A DNA stretch of 64,000 nt from Kiritimatiellia bacterium. Lineage in GTDB: Bacteria > Verrucomicrobiota > Kiritimatiellia > JAAZAB01. The position numbers were made by a program, and so were the translations under genes. The notes beneath the pieces were generated by a model, which saw only the letters and a program-made list of their open reading frames with translations, did no database searches and was not told the origin of the DNA. The stretch lies in contig JAXGPF010000014.1 in the NCBI GenBank assembly GCA_040767085.1, forward strand, positions 1 through 64,000. The letters are read 5' to 3'. Of the stretch, positions 19,593 to 29,504 are shown one piece after another. Position 1 is the stretch's first letter. Every line of letters begins with the position of its first letter.

Positions 19593-20936
19593 TTACAAAC
19601 CCAATTGCTGTTTGATCCAAGGCGTGGCCGCCGCCGTATATTCCGGCCCGGCGGCATGGCCGACGCCGGGGGCGTTATAAATGCGCTTCGGACCGCGGAT
19701 GACATTATACGCGGCATAGACGCTGCTGGGGCAGCAGGTGGTATCAATAAATCCCACCCCGACGATCACTGGAACCGACGCCGGGATGCGACGCGCAAAA
19801 TTCACCGCGTCGTAATACATGAACATCGCCAGCGCCTGCCGCCGGACCTCCGCATCCGTAACGTACGACAGGCCCGGCCAGCCGGGTTTGCGGCCGGCCT
19901 CCGCCCCGCGATGATCGCAGAGCGCCGGCACCGACGCGGCCACGGCCGTCACCCGGCGGTTCAGCCCGGCCATGATGATGGACAGCCCCCCGCCCTGGCT
20001 GGAGCCGGTCAGCACCAGGTGTTTTTGATCGAAATCCGGCCGCGCCGCCAGCCAGGCGATGGCGCGGTCCACCCCCAGGATGACGCGGTAATAATAATAT
20101 TTTTCCCGGTCGGGGATGCCATGGGCCGTGTATGACGGCGCGAATTGACGAGCATACTCGGCGTATTTTGCCCAGGGCTGCCCCAGCTCAACGGCATGCA
20201 CGCCGATATCCAGCGCCAAGGCCCCGCGCGCGGCCCAGGCAACATCCGGCTGGCGGGGCTTGCCGATGCCGGCGGAAGGCACGGTGACAATGGCCGGGTA
20301 GGGCGGCGTTTTACCCTTGGGAACACTGATATACCCGTACATGCGCGTGTGGCCGAGATGGGCGAAACTCAAGGCAAAGCAATCCGCCTGCGCGGATGAA
20401 AATTGCGGCAGCGGGGACAGTTGCAGGTCCAGCGGAAGCGCCGCGCATTCCCGGCGCCCTTGTTCCCAGAAAGCGTCGAAATCATCCGGCAGCTCCGCGG
20501 CCGGCGCGATCCGGTCGGGCGCAAACCCGGCCGCGCCCATGCCGGTGTAGGTCTGCCCATCCTGCGTATAGGCGGCCGTGCATCTTAAAAAACCCGGCTC
20601 AGCCAGTGTGCCGCTGATGGTTACGGGTTGTTGTTCCAGCGCCATGACTTGGCGCGCGATTTGCCGCCCGCCGTCCAAAGTCAACACCGCCTCGAGTTGC
20701 CCGAGGCGGATGGCCGCGCCGTCGGCCCGGCAAACGCTGATGGCAAAGACGGCCGGCTCATCCGGCTGATACAGCGCATCCCGGCGATCCGGGGTCACGC
20801 TGACCTGGATGTTGGTTTGCCCGGGCGCGGGCGCTCCGCCGGCGCTGGCGAGCAATCCGCCCGCCGCATAGATCGCCAGGGACCAGGCCGGAAGTTTTAA
20901 AACGGACCGGCAACGCGGATATCGGTTGAAAATCAT
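19593..20936 (-). CDS. Acetylxylan esterase / cephalosporin-C deacetylase (CE7), secreted
   Basis: 'PDDFDAFW', nucleophile motif GSSQGG, 'YYDAVNFA', 'DTTCCPSSVYAAYN', 'GH'; N-terminal signal-like segment. Confidence 0.9.
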   Translation of the reverse strand: MIFNRYPRCRSVLKLPAWSLAIYAAGGLLASAGGAPAPGQTNIQVSVTPDRRDALYQPDEPAVFAISVCRADGAAIRLGQLEAVLTLDGGRQIARQVMALEQQPVTISGTLAEPGFLRCTAAYTQDGQTYTGMGAAGFAPDRIAPAAELPDDFDAFWEQGRRECAALPLDLQLSPLPQFSSAQADCFALSFAHLGHTRMYGYISVPKGKTPPYPAIVTVPSAGIGKPRQPDVAWAARGALALDIGVHAVELGQPWAKYAEYARQFAPSYTAHGIPDREKYYYYRVILGVDRAIAWLAARPDFDQKHLVLTGSSQGGGLSIIMAGLNRRVTAVAASVPALCDHRGAEAGRKPGWPGLSYVTDAEVRRQALAMFMYYDAVNFARRIPASVPVIVGVGFIDTTCCPSSVYAAYNVIRGPKRIYNAPGVGHAAGPEYTAAATPWIKQQLGL

Positions 20937-22156
20937 ACACTGACCTCCGAGACACGCGGCGCGCCCGCCGCCGCGCAGGTTTCACGTTCAATCAGGCGCA
21001 GGGGAAACACCTGCAGCCGCCCGGCGCTCCCGGGGCGCCGGGCCAGCAAATCAACCAGCAGATGCGCCGCCGCCCGGGCCATGGCGTAGCGGGGCTTGTG
21101 CAGCGTGGTGAGCGCGGGATGAAAATTCTGCGCAACGGCGGCATCGTCTATCCCGATGACCGAAACCGCGCCGGGCACCTGGATGCCATGGCCGGTTAGG
21201 ACGCGGATCAAGCGCATGGCGATCATGTCGTTGTGCGTGAAGAAAAGGGTCGGCCAGTCGCCGCCCGCCTGGAAGGGGCCAAACCGCGCCTCGATCAGCG
21301 GCCAGATATCGTCGCCGTCATCCTCGATCGCGGCAACGATCGGCGGGGCCAACTCTTGCGGCAATCCCAGCAAATGCAGGGCGGCCGCGCACTCGCGGTA
21401 TCGCCGCGGCTGGGCATCACGCCCCGGGGTCGCCAGGAAAGCGGCGCGCCGATGTCCGCGAGCCGCCGCGAATTTCCACGCTTCGCTGTATCCATGCACT
21501 TCGTCCGCCACCACGCTGGCCACCCCGCGCTGCGACAAATCAACGCCCAGCGCGACCATTGGAAACTGCCGCGCGATCAGGTAATCGATCGTGGCGGCAT
21601 CCATATCCAAGCCGATGAATCCGCGGGTCTGGCCATTCTCGACCAAGGCCTGAACAAACTCCAGCAGGGTCTGCCCCTCCTCGAAAAAGGCGACTTCGAA
21701 GCGGCACTTCAACGCATTGAAGCCTTCCATCAGCCCATTGATATAATCCGGCAAAAGACTTTGGTTCAGGCCTTGGTCAGCCTGCCGGCGCATGGCCAGG
21801 CAAACCGGCTGGAGCAACGGCCGGCAGCGCTGAGAGGGGACGGCCGCGGACGACGTTGTTCCGCGCGCGCCGGCAGGGGCGTTCACGATTGTGCCCAGCG
21901 CGCGGCGGCGGCAAACCAGCCCTTCGCGCTCGAGCAGCTCGTAGGCGCGGTTCACGGTATAGCCGGTTACGCCCAATTGACGCCCGAGTTCCAGGCAGGT
22001 GGGCAAAAACGCGCCAGATCGTACAATCCCATCTTGAATCTGGCGGCGATAAAAATTAGCGATTTGTGACAGCAACGGCTCCTTGCTGTCAAATTGAAGA
22101 CTTGGCAGAATCGAGCCTGCCGCCACTGATGGTTTTTCAATCAATTTACCATTCAT
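20933..22156 (-). CDS. GntR-HTH + LacI-type sugar-binding domain transcriptional regulator
   Basis: 'LP...LGRQLGV...TVNRAYELLEREGLV.RRRALGT' (GntR) plus 'VPGAVSVIGIDD...PALTT...LIERET' (LacI C-terminus); ATG 22156. Confidence 0.88.
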   Translation of the reverse strand: MNGKLIEKPSVAAGSILPSLQFDSKEPLLSQIANFYRRQIQDGIVRSGAFLPTCLELGRQLGVTGYTVNRAYELLEREGLVCRRRALGTIVNAPAGARGTTSSAAVPSQRCRPLLQPVCLAMRRQADQGLNQSLLPDYINGLMEGFNALKCRFEVAFFEEGQTLLEFVQALVENGQTRGFIGLDMDAATIDYLIARQFPMVALGVDLSQRGVASVVADEVHGYSEAWKFAAARGHRRAAFLATPGRDAQPRRYRECAAALHLLGLPQELAPPIVAAIEDDGDDIWPLIEARFGPFQAGGDWPTLFFTHNDMIAMRLIRVLTGHGIQVPGAVSVIGIDDAAVAQNFHPALTTLHKPRYAMARAAAHLLVDLLARRPGSAGRLQVFPLRLIERETCAAAGAPRVSEVSV

Positions 22157-22164
22157 TGCTTGAT

Positions 22165-22192
22165 AGCTTAAATGGTATTTTGGCAAAGTCAA
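22165..22192 (-). promoter_or_regulatory. Putative sigma70 promoter giving a near-leaderless regulator mRNA
   Basis: TTGACT-N16-TAAGCT ending 8 nt before ATG 22156; no RBS seen. Confidence 0.35.
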
Positions 22193-22342
22193 GCTTGATT
22201 TACGCCATCAATAGGAAATGCGGAAATGGTGTGCTCCAGGCACCAGCCCATCAATGCGCCCGCGCATCGCTTTCTCAGGCGACCTTGACCGCGCCCCGGA
22301 TCGTGGGATACGGGGCTGACCCTATTCTGCTCCTCCTTGCGT

Positions 22343-22472
22343 TGAAACGCGCTGAAACGTAATGAAACGTATTTGAAACGCAATGAAACGCAATGAAACG
22401 CAATGAAACGCAATGAAACGCAATGAAACGCAATGAAACGCAAATGAAACGTATTGAAACGCAAATGAAACG
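22343..22472 (+). repeat. Tandem array of 13 TGAAACG units at 10-11 bp spacing
   Basis: TGAAACG at 22343, 22353, 22363, 22374, 22384, 22394, 22404, 22414, 22424, 22434, 22445, 22455 and 22466; three more at 23022, 23033 and 23044. Confidence 0.95.
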
Positions 22473-22809
22473 AAAACACTATCATCCCATAGATACGGTT
22501 TATCACCTGAAAACGGCAATATTCTTTAAGGAAATTGGAGTTTGGCGTAAATCATCAGTGCCGGTTTATTGGGTAATGGCATAGTCCTCGCTAGGGACAC
22601 AAAGCAGAATAAATTTAGCCACAAAATGCACAAAACACACCAAATTATGAGATCCATAGCCAATTGCCGCGTCGGACCGGCATCTGCCGGTCTGACGGAT
22701 CGGATGACATGCTGATACGCGAATCAATTCATGTATCAGAATATCAGCCGATCCATGTCCGCCTAGCGGACAGCGCGGCATCCCATTCAATTTGTCCCAT
22801 AATTCGATT

Positions 22810-23025
22810 ACATCCTGTACATGTACGTGCCCGCCGTAACTTGAGCGAAGGCGGGTGGCCAATCCCTCCATCCGCTCATCCGTCTCTGTGGTAAACAATT
22901 CCCATCTTCTTTGTGGCCGAAAATCTGCGTAATCTGTGGATAAAAAAGGTTCCGTGGTAAATTATCCGCATCTTCTTTGCGGCTTTGCGAGATAATCAAG
23001 CGGTTTTCTATGGGATGCTACTGAA
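22810..23025 (+). repeat. ~220-bp intergenic direct repeat, copy 2
   Basis: Matches 18395-18620. Confidence 0.9.
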
Positions 23026-23058
23026 ACGAAAATGAAACGTATTTGAAACGAATGGGGA

Positions 23059-23724
23059 TCAAGCGCCGGGCGTTGGTGCGCCCGGCCGGGCATAATATGT
23101 TCCCCTGCCGGTCCCTTGCTTGACCAGCAATCCGCTATTGACGAGGCCGTTTAAAATCCGCCAGGCGCTGACGGCTGAAATCCCCAGTTCGTCGGCCAAC
23201 ATCTTCCGGGTCAGCTTGCCCCTGGCGGCCAGCAACTCCAAAATCTGGCGTTCCTGTTCGGAATTCTTCGCGCCGCGGCTGGTCTGGCCGGCAAAGATAT
23301 GCTTGGAAGCCTTGCTGCCGAAGAAAATCCCCAATACCTGGAGGCAGACTGGCAGCAGGTGACCCGGCAGCCGTAAATCCGGCTGGAATACGTGGATCAT
23401 ATAAAAAGCCAGAAACAGCAACAGCCAGAGATAGACGAAAACCGTGCCCTTACGCGGGGGTTCCGGCGTGCCCAGCCAGCGCCGGACTTCCTTGTCCGCC
23501 GCATACGCGCCGAGCAAGGCGATATAGAGCGGCATCATGCCGTCCGGCAGTTCCAGCGTTTGCTGGAGCGCGAAATCCGCCACCGTCAGCCCCAGGTAGG
23601 CGACCGTATAAAACGCCAGCAAGGGGAACAGCACGGAGATTTCGTTAAACGGCCGCCGTGGAGGCGGCAATACCGGTTCCGGCGGATGGGGTGGGGGCGC
23701 AGGTTCCGGCGTATTCGCATTCAT
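23059..23724 (-). CDS. Membrane protein (about 4 TM) fused to a C-terminal winged-helix DNA-binding domain
   Basis: Four hydrophobic segments, then 'ERQILELLAARGKLTRKMLADELGIS..SAWRILNGLVNSGLLVKQGTGRGTYY' (wHTH). Confidence 0.75.
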   Translation of the reverse strand: MNANTPEPAPPPHPPEPVLPPPRRPFNEISVLFPLLAFYTVAYLGLTVADFALQQTLELPDGMMPLYIALLGAYAADKEVRRWLGTPEPPRKGTVFVYLWLLLFLAFYMIHVFQPDLRLPGHLLPVCLQVLGIFFGSKASKHIFAGQTSRGAKNSEQERQILELLAARGKLTRKMLADELGISAVSAWRILNGLVNSGLLVKQGTGRGTYYARPGAPTPGA

Positions 23725-24157
23725 GCCGGTTTTATATCATAAAAAATTCGGAGCGTCATCCCGGAATTGCAGATGCGCCCAGGGCGCCATCCACCTGCCT
23801 GTGCCGGGCATGAAGGAAAGGCTGGCAGACTGTATTGGAAATATTACAAATTTAGACATGCCTCTTATCTTCTCTTGTCTTCAGACGGCGAGGAGTGGGA
23901 CAAAAAATGTTTCCGCAAAACATAGTGGACATAAAGGGGATAACGTGATAATTAAATGATAGGAAATTCATTATACGTCATCCCGTTTTCACAATATCGT
24001 CCTGCTTGATGTGGATGGTGAGTTAATGATTAATTCAATTACTCTCTTGGCCCCGGGTGAAATGGCGTTATGGATGCCGGCCCAGATGATAATTATCAAT
24101 TTATAGGACTGACCCCATGCTCCCTGACCCCATGCTCCCAGACGAGAGAGGATTGGA

Positions 24158-26272
24158 ATGACGGCTGAAACGCATTCACAAATTGCGAACTTCATCTGGA
24201 GTATTTGTAATTTGCTCCGAGGTCCCTACAAACGGAATGAATATCGTAAGGTCATCCTCCCCCTGACGGTCCTTCGCCGTTTCGACTGCCTACTTGCTCC
24301 GACAAAGGATCAGGTCTTGGAGGAATTCAAAGCCATCAAGACCAAGCCCGAGACTGTACAGCGCAGCCTCCTTACCCGTATCACTGGCCGGCCGTTCTAC
24401 AATCTATCGAAGATGCAGTTCGACAAGGACGCCCAATATTCCCTGTTGAACGACCCGAACAACCTGGCACCGAATCTCAACAGTTACATCAACGGTTTCT
24501 CAAAGAACGTTCGCGACATCATGGAGCGCTTCGCGTTCGATCAGCAGATCACACGTATGGCCGAGAAGAACCTGCTTTATGAAGTCATCAAGGCATTCGC
24601 AAAGATAGACCTTGGTATAGAAAAGGTTGACAACGTCCAGATGGGCTACGTCTTCGAGGAACTGATTCGGATCGGCGCAGAGCAATCGAACGAGGAGGCC
24701 GGAGAGCATTTCACGCCTCGTGAAGTCATCAAGCTCATGGTGAACCTGTTACTCTCTCCCGAGAAGGATTTGGCCCGCAGCCATGTTGTGAAGACAATCT
24801 ACGACCCGGCTTGCGGTACTGGTGGGATGCTCTCAGTGGCCGAGCAATACATCCGTAAACTCAATACCGAAGCAAACCCAATGGTCTACGGCCAAGACTG
24901 GAATGATGAGGCATGGGCTGTCTGCAAGTCCGACATGCTGATCAAAGGTGAAGACGCCGACAACATTGCCCAAGGCGACACCTTCACCAAAGACGGATTT
25001 GCGCGGGATCGCGACGGGAAGAAATGGACCTTTGACTATATGCTGGCGAATCCGCCATTCGGGGTGGAGTGGAAACAACAGCAGAAGTACATCGAGCAAG
25101 AATGCGACACCCTCGGTTATGAAGGCCGTTTTGGGGCCGGACTGCCACGAATCAACGACGGGGCGCTGCTCTTCCTTCAGCATATGCTCGACAAACGCCG
25201 TGCGCCGAAGGACGGGGGGAGCCGCATCGGCATCGTGTTCAATGGCTCGCCCCTTTTCACCGGCGACGCTGGCCAGGGCGAATCGGAAATCCGCCGCTGG
25301 ATCATCGAAAACGACTGGCTTGAAGCGGTCGTCGCGTTGCCGGACCAACTCTTCTACAACACCGGCATTTCTACGTACATCTGGGTGCTCACGAACCGCA
25401 AGGAGCGAGAACGCAAGGGTAAGATTCAACTCATGGACGCCCGCAACTTCTGGGTGCAGATGAAGAAGAGTCTCGGTAATAAACGCCACCGTATCGGCGA
25501 CCCGGATGAGGGCGACGCCGACCATATCGCCGAGATCGCCCGGATTCACGGCGCGTTCAAGGACGGAGAGACGCGCCCCTTCAACATTGACGGTCAGGAA
25601 AAGACACTTGTGGTAAGCAAGGTTTTTGATAATGAGGATTTTGGATTCAACAAGATCACCATCGAGCGGCCACTCCGCTTGAACTTCCAGGCAACTGGCG
25701 AGCGTATCGCCCTGCTCGACGAGGAATCCGGCTTCAAGAACTTGGCCACCAGCGCCAAGAAGAACGAGGAACTCCGGCAGAAGGAAATCGAAGCCGGCCA
25801 GAAACGGCAAGAGACCATCCGTGAGCTGTTGAGAGTCTTTAGCGGGAAGAACGGACACAAACTCTACAAGGACCGCAAGGAATTCCTGATCGATCTAAAG
25901 GCTATTGACCTTGAGCGCGACGTTCATCTGAATGTGTCGGAAATCAAAGCTGTGCTGAACGCACTGGGCGAGCGCGACGAGACCGCCGAAATTTGCCGCG
26001 CCCGCTCCGGCGACCCCGAACCGGACGCGGAGTTGCGCGACACGGAGAATGTCCCGCTCAAAGAAAGCATCGAGGCATACTTTAAGCGCGAAGTCCTGCC
26101 GCATGTGCCCGACGCGTGGATTGACGAGAGCAAGACGAAGGTGGGCTATGAAATCCCGCTAAATCGTCACTTCTACCGCTACGAACCCCCGCGCCCGCTG
26201 GAAGCGATTCAGGCCGATATCCGGAAGCTGGAAGGCGAGATAATGGAAATGCTCGGGGAGGTGGCGAAATGA
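24158..26272 (+). CDS. hsdM: Type I restriction-modification system methyltransferase subunit
   Basis: 'FIWSICNLLRG', 'GEHFTPREV', motif I DPACGTGGML, motif IV NPPF. Confidence 0.97.
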   Translation: MTAETHSQIANFIWSICNLLRGPYKRNEYRKVILPLTVLRRFDCLLAPTKDQVLEEFKAIKTKPETVQRSLLTRITGRPFYNLSKMQFDKDAQYSLLNDPNNLAPNLNSYINGFSKNVRDIMERFAFDQQITRMAEKNLLYEVIKAFAKIDLGIEKVDNVQMGYVFEELIRIGAEQSNEEAGEHFTPREVIKLMVNLLLSPEKDLARSHVVKTIYDPACGTGGMLSVAEQYIRKLNTEANPMVYGQDWNDEAWAVCKSDMLIKGEDADNIAQGDTFTKDGFARDRDGKKWTFDYMLANPPFGVEWKQQQKYIEQECDTLGYEGRFGAGLPRINDGALLFLQHMLDKRRAPKDGGSRIGIVFNGSPLFTGDAGQGESEIRRWIIENDWLEAVVALPDQLFYNTGISTYIWVLTNRKERERKGKIQLMDARNFWVQMKKSLGNKRHRIGDPDEGDADHIAEIARIHGAFKDGETRPFNIDGQEKTLVVSKVFDNEDFGFNKITIERPLRLNFQATGERIALLDEESGFKNLATSAKKNEELRQKEIEAGQKRQETIRELLRVFSGKNGHKLYKDRKEFLIDLKAIDLERDVHLNVSEIKAVLNALGERDETAEICRARSGDPEPDAELRDTENVPLKESIEAYFKREVLPHVPDAWIDESKTKVGYEIPLNRHFYRYEPPRPLEAIQADIRKLEGEIMEMLGEVAK

Positions 26273-28107
26273 GAGAGATTCGCGGAGAAGCCAAGACGAT
26301 CCGCCAACTTCTCGGCGGCACCCGCTACGCCATTGACTACTATCAACGCGAGTACAAGTGGCAGACGAAACAGGTCCGTGAACTGCTTGAGGATCTGGGC
26401 GACCGTTTCCTTGAACACTTCAAAGCCACCGATGAACGTTCCGCCGTGGCCGGCTACGGGCACTATTTCCTCGGCTCCATCATTCTCAGCAAGAAGAACG
26501 GGCAGTCTTTCGTTGTGGACGGTCAGCAGCGTCTTACCACGCTGACGCTTCTGCTTATCCACCTACGAAACCATCTATCCAACACGGAAGACAAAGCAAC
26601 CCTGCAAGACCTTATCCTTTCGCGAGTACATGGCCGAAGCGCCTTCAATCTCTCCGTGGATGAACGGACGCCCTGCATGGAGGCCCTGTTCAAAGGCGAG
26701 GCGTTCGATTCGACCCGGCAACCCGAATCCATCCGCAACATTTGCGACCGTTACGCCGACATCCAGAACCTTTTCCCGGACGAGATCGGGGAAGAAGCCC
26801 TTCCGCTCTTTGCAGACTGGCTCATCGAGAATGTCCACCTTGTGGAAATTTCCGCCTATTCCGATGATGACGCCTACGTGATCTTTGAGACCATGAACGA
26901 CCGGGGCCTTTCCCTCTCGCCCCTCGACATGCTGAAAGGCTTCCTGCTTGCCAACATCACGGACGAAAAGGCCCGGCTCCACGCCGGCGCGACATGGAAG
27001 CAGCAAGTCGCCGCCCTGGCGGAATTGGGGAAAGACGAGGACGCAGACGCCTTCAAGTCATGGCTCCGCAGTCAGTACGCCGATTCCATCCGCGAACGGA
27101 AGAAAGGCGCGCAGCCGATGGACTTCGACCGCCTGGGGACCGAGTTTCATCGGTGGGTGCGCGACAACGAGAAGCGCATCGGGCTGAAGAAAGGCAGTGA
27201 CTTCGCCCGATTCATCGAAACCGACATGGCGTTCTACACCAACCAGTACTTACGACTCCGCAACGCCGCCGAACAATTCACCCCCGAACTACCGACCGTG
27301 TATTACATCGCTCGCTACGAGTTCACCCTTCAATATCCCGTTCTGCTGTCGCCCTTGGCCCCGGACGATAGCGAACAGACGATTCTACGGAAACTCCGGG
27401 TGACTTCGGCATTTCTCGACATCTGGCTCGCCCGCCGCCTCTGGAACTTCCGGTTGATCGCCTACAGCACCATGCAATATGCCATGTTCCTTGTCATCCG
27501 TGACATCCGCCGCTGCACCGTGGCCCAACTCGTGGACAAGCTCACGAAGCATCTTATCAACATCGAGGAGACTTTCGCCGGCAACGACCGTTTGCGGATG
27601 CACCAACAGAATCGGTACTTCATCCACCAATTGCTTGCCCGCATCACCGATTTCGTGGAGGTCGGGTCTGGCCAGCCTTCGCGCTTCGCCGAATTCGTTG
27701 CCGAGGGCAAGGACCGTTACGAAGTTGAACACATCTGGGCAAACCATCCCGAGCGGCATATAGACGAGTTCGGGCATCCTGCCGACTTCGACGAATACCG
27801 CAGCAGGATCGGCGGCCTACTCCTTCTGCCGAAGAAGTTCAACGCCAGTTACGGCGATTTGCCCTATGCGAAGAAACTGCCGCAATATCTCAAGCAGAAC
27901 GGCCCGAATATGCTCGCCCGCTCTCTACATCCGGATAGTTACACCCACAACCCCGGCTTTGTCCGGTTCGTTAGGCAAACCGGACTGAAGTTCAAGGCGC
28001 ACGAGGAGTTTAAGAAGAAGGACCTCGACGCCCGGCAGACCCTTTACCGCCGCATCGCCGAGACCGTATGGAGCCCCGACCGCCTGAAAAAGGAGGCCGC
28101 TTCATGA
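26269..28107 (+). CDS. GmrSD-like DUF262 + DUF1524(HNH) protein
   Basis: DUF262 motifs QREYKW, VDGQQRLTT and FETMNDRG; C-terminal 'EVEHIWA...IGGLLLLPKKFNAS'. Confidence 0.88.
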   Translation: MREIRGEAKTIRQLLGGTRYAIDYYQREYKWQTKQVRELLEDLGDRFLEHFKATDERSAVAGYGHYFLGSIILSKKNGQSFVVDGQQRLTTLTLLLIHLRNHLSNTEDKATLQDLILSRVHGRSAFNLSVDERTPCMEALFKGEAFDSTRQPESIRNICDRYADIQNLFPDEIGEEALPLFADWLIENVHLVEISAYSDDDAYVIFETMNDRGLSLSPLDMLKGFLLANITDEKARLHAGATWKQQVAALAELGKDEDADAFKSWLRSQYADSIRERKKGAQPMDFDRLGTEFHRWVRDNEKRIGLKKGSDFARFIETDMAFYTNQYLRLRNAAEQFTPELPTVYYIARYEFTLQYPVLLSPLAPDDSEQTILRKLRVTSAFLDIWLARRLWNFRLIAYSTMQYAMFLVIRDIRRCTVAQLVDKLTKHLINIEETFAGNDRLRMHQQNRYFIHQLLARITDFVEVGSGQPSRFAEFVAEGKDRYEVEHIWANHPERHIDEFGHPADFDEYRSRIGGLLLLPKKFNASYGDLPYAKKLPQYLKQNGPNMLARSLHPDSYTHNPGFVRFVRQTGLKFKAHEEFKKKDLDARQTLYRRIAETVWSPDRLKKEAAS

Positions 28108-29504
28108 CCGTTGTCCAATCTGCGGGAAAGGGCGGCAGCCAGACTCCCCACACCTTGCCCTCCGTAACTTCAGCAAAGGAGGGTTGGAAGCCATATCCTG
28201 CCTACAAACCCTCCAGCGTCGAATGGCTGGGCGACTTGCCGGAAGAATGGGTTGTGGCGGCGCTGAAGCATCGGTGTCGTCGGTACGCACTCTATGGCGC
28301 AAATATACCTTCAGACGATTATGCACGGGAAGGTGTGCGCCTTTTAAGAACAACCGACATTGATAACTACGGAGACCTCCAGACCGAAGGCGTCTTCATC
28401 TCTCGCGACCAAGCACAAGACTATATCCTTGCCGATGAAGACATCCTTCTCTCACGAAGCGGGACAATTGGCCGCTCTTTTGTGTATTCTTTGAAGCAAC
28501 ATCCGGAGTGCGCATACGCCGGCTATCTCGTTCGTTTTGTCCCATCTGGCCGTTTGAATGCGCGATATTTCTTCTACTTCACAAAGAGCATCTGCTTCTC
28601 GGATTGGTTGCAGACGCAGGTGATCGCCTCGACTATCGGCAATGTCAATGGACAGAAGTATGCGCAATGTCGATTGCCACTTCCAGAGCGTCCAGAACAA
28701 GATGCCATCGCGGCCTTCCTCGACCGGGAGACTGGGAAGATTGACCGGCTGGTGGCGAAGAAACGGGAGTTGATCGAGAAGTTGAAAGAGGAGCGCGCCG
28801 CCATCATTACCCGCACCGTCACCCGCGGCCTGAACCCGGACGCCAAACTCAAACCCAGCGGCGTCGAATGGCTAGGTAATCTGCCGGAAACGTGGGATGC
28901 GGTTCGCCTTCGCCGTCGCGCCCGGCGGATCCAAACCGGAGGGACGCCGCCAACAGTAGAAGAGCGGTATTACGAAGATGGCACAATCCCGTGGTTCGGA
29001 CCGGGTTCTTTCGACGACCAGATCGTCCTTACGCGTCCGGTGAAGTTACTCAACGCATGTGTTGTGACGGAAGGTGCGGCTCGCATATTCGGGCGCGGGG
29101 CAACAATGATTGTGACAATAGGGGCGACACTGGGTAAGGTAAGTTCCCTCGTGACACCGGCCTCCTGCAATCAGCAGATTACGGTTGTGGAGTATGATGA
29201 ACGACGGGTCTTTCCACGCTTTGCGACCTACCAAATCAAGCGGCTGGAATCCACGCTGCGCGCCATAGCCCCCAGCGCAACACTGCCAATCCTCGATCAA
29301 GGGGAGATTGCCGACATCCTCCTGGGTCTCCCAGCCCTCCCCGAGCAACGCGCCATTGCCGACTTTCTCGACCGGGAGACCGGCAAGATTGACCGGCTAG
29401 CGTCGAAGGTGGAGGATGCCATAGAGCGGCTGCAGGAATATCGCGCGGCATTGATCACGGCGGCGGTGATAGGGAAGATTGATGTGCGAGAGGCTGCCTC
29501 ATGA
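28104..29504 (+). CDS. hsdS: Type I R-M specificity subunit
   Basis: Two TRDs with repeated conserved blocks 'KPSxVEWLGxLPExW' and 'PEQxAIAxFLDRETGKIDRL'; ATG 28104 overlaps the upstream TGA. Confidence 0.95.
   Translation: MTVVQSAGKGGSQTPHTLPSVTSAKEGWKPYPAYKPSSVEWLGDLPEEWVVAALKHRCRRYALYGANIPSDDYAREGVRLLRTTDIDNYGDLQTEGVFISRDQAQDYILADEDILLSRSGTIGRSFVYSLKQHPECAYAGYLVRFVPSGRLNARYFFYFTKSICFSDWLQTQVIASTIGNVNGQKYAQCRLPLPERPEQDAIAAFLDRETGKIDRLVAKKRELIEKLKEERAAIITRTVTRGLNPDAKLKPSGVEWLGNLPETWDAVRLRRRARRIQTGGTPPTVEERYYEDGTIPWFGPGSFDDQIVLTRPVKLLNACVVTEGAARIFGRGATMIVTIGATLGKVSSLVTPASCNQQITVVEYDERRVFPRFATYQIKRLESTLRAIAPSATLPILDQGEIADILLGLPALPEQRAIADFLDRETGKIDRLASKVEDAIERLQEYRAALITAAVIGKIDVREAAS

Noticed and set aside
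4986-20135. Many long plus-strand ORFs (e.g. 4986-6620, 11698-13203, 16459-17970, 18564-20135)
   Set aside because: Antisense shadows of GC-rich minus-strand genes that carry clear family motifs or fit the operon.
22343-22472. CRISPR array (units resemble the ATTGAAAC end of many CRISPR repeats)
   Set aside because: The period is only 10-11 bp, there are no unique spacers and no cas genes in the window.
22189-22519. ORFs with 'FIAFHCVSLR' repeats
   Set aside because: They are translations of the 10-bp DNA array; no RBS or protein-like composition.
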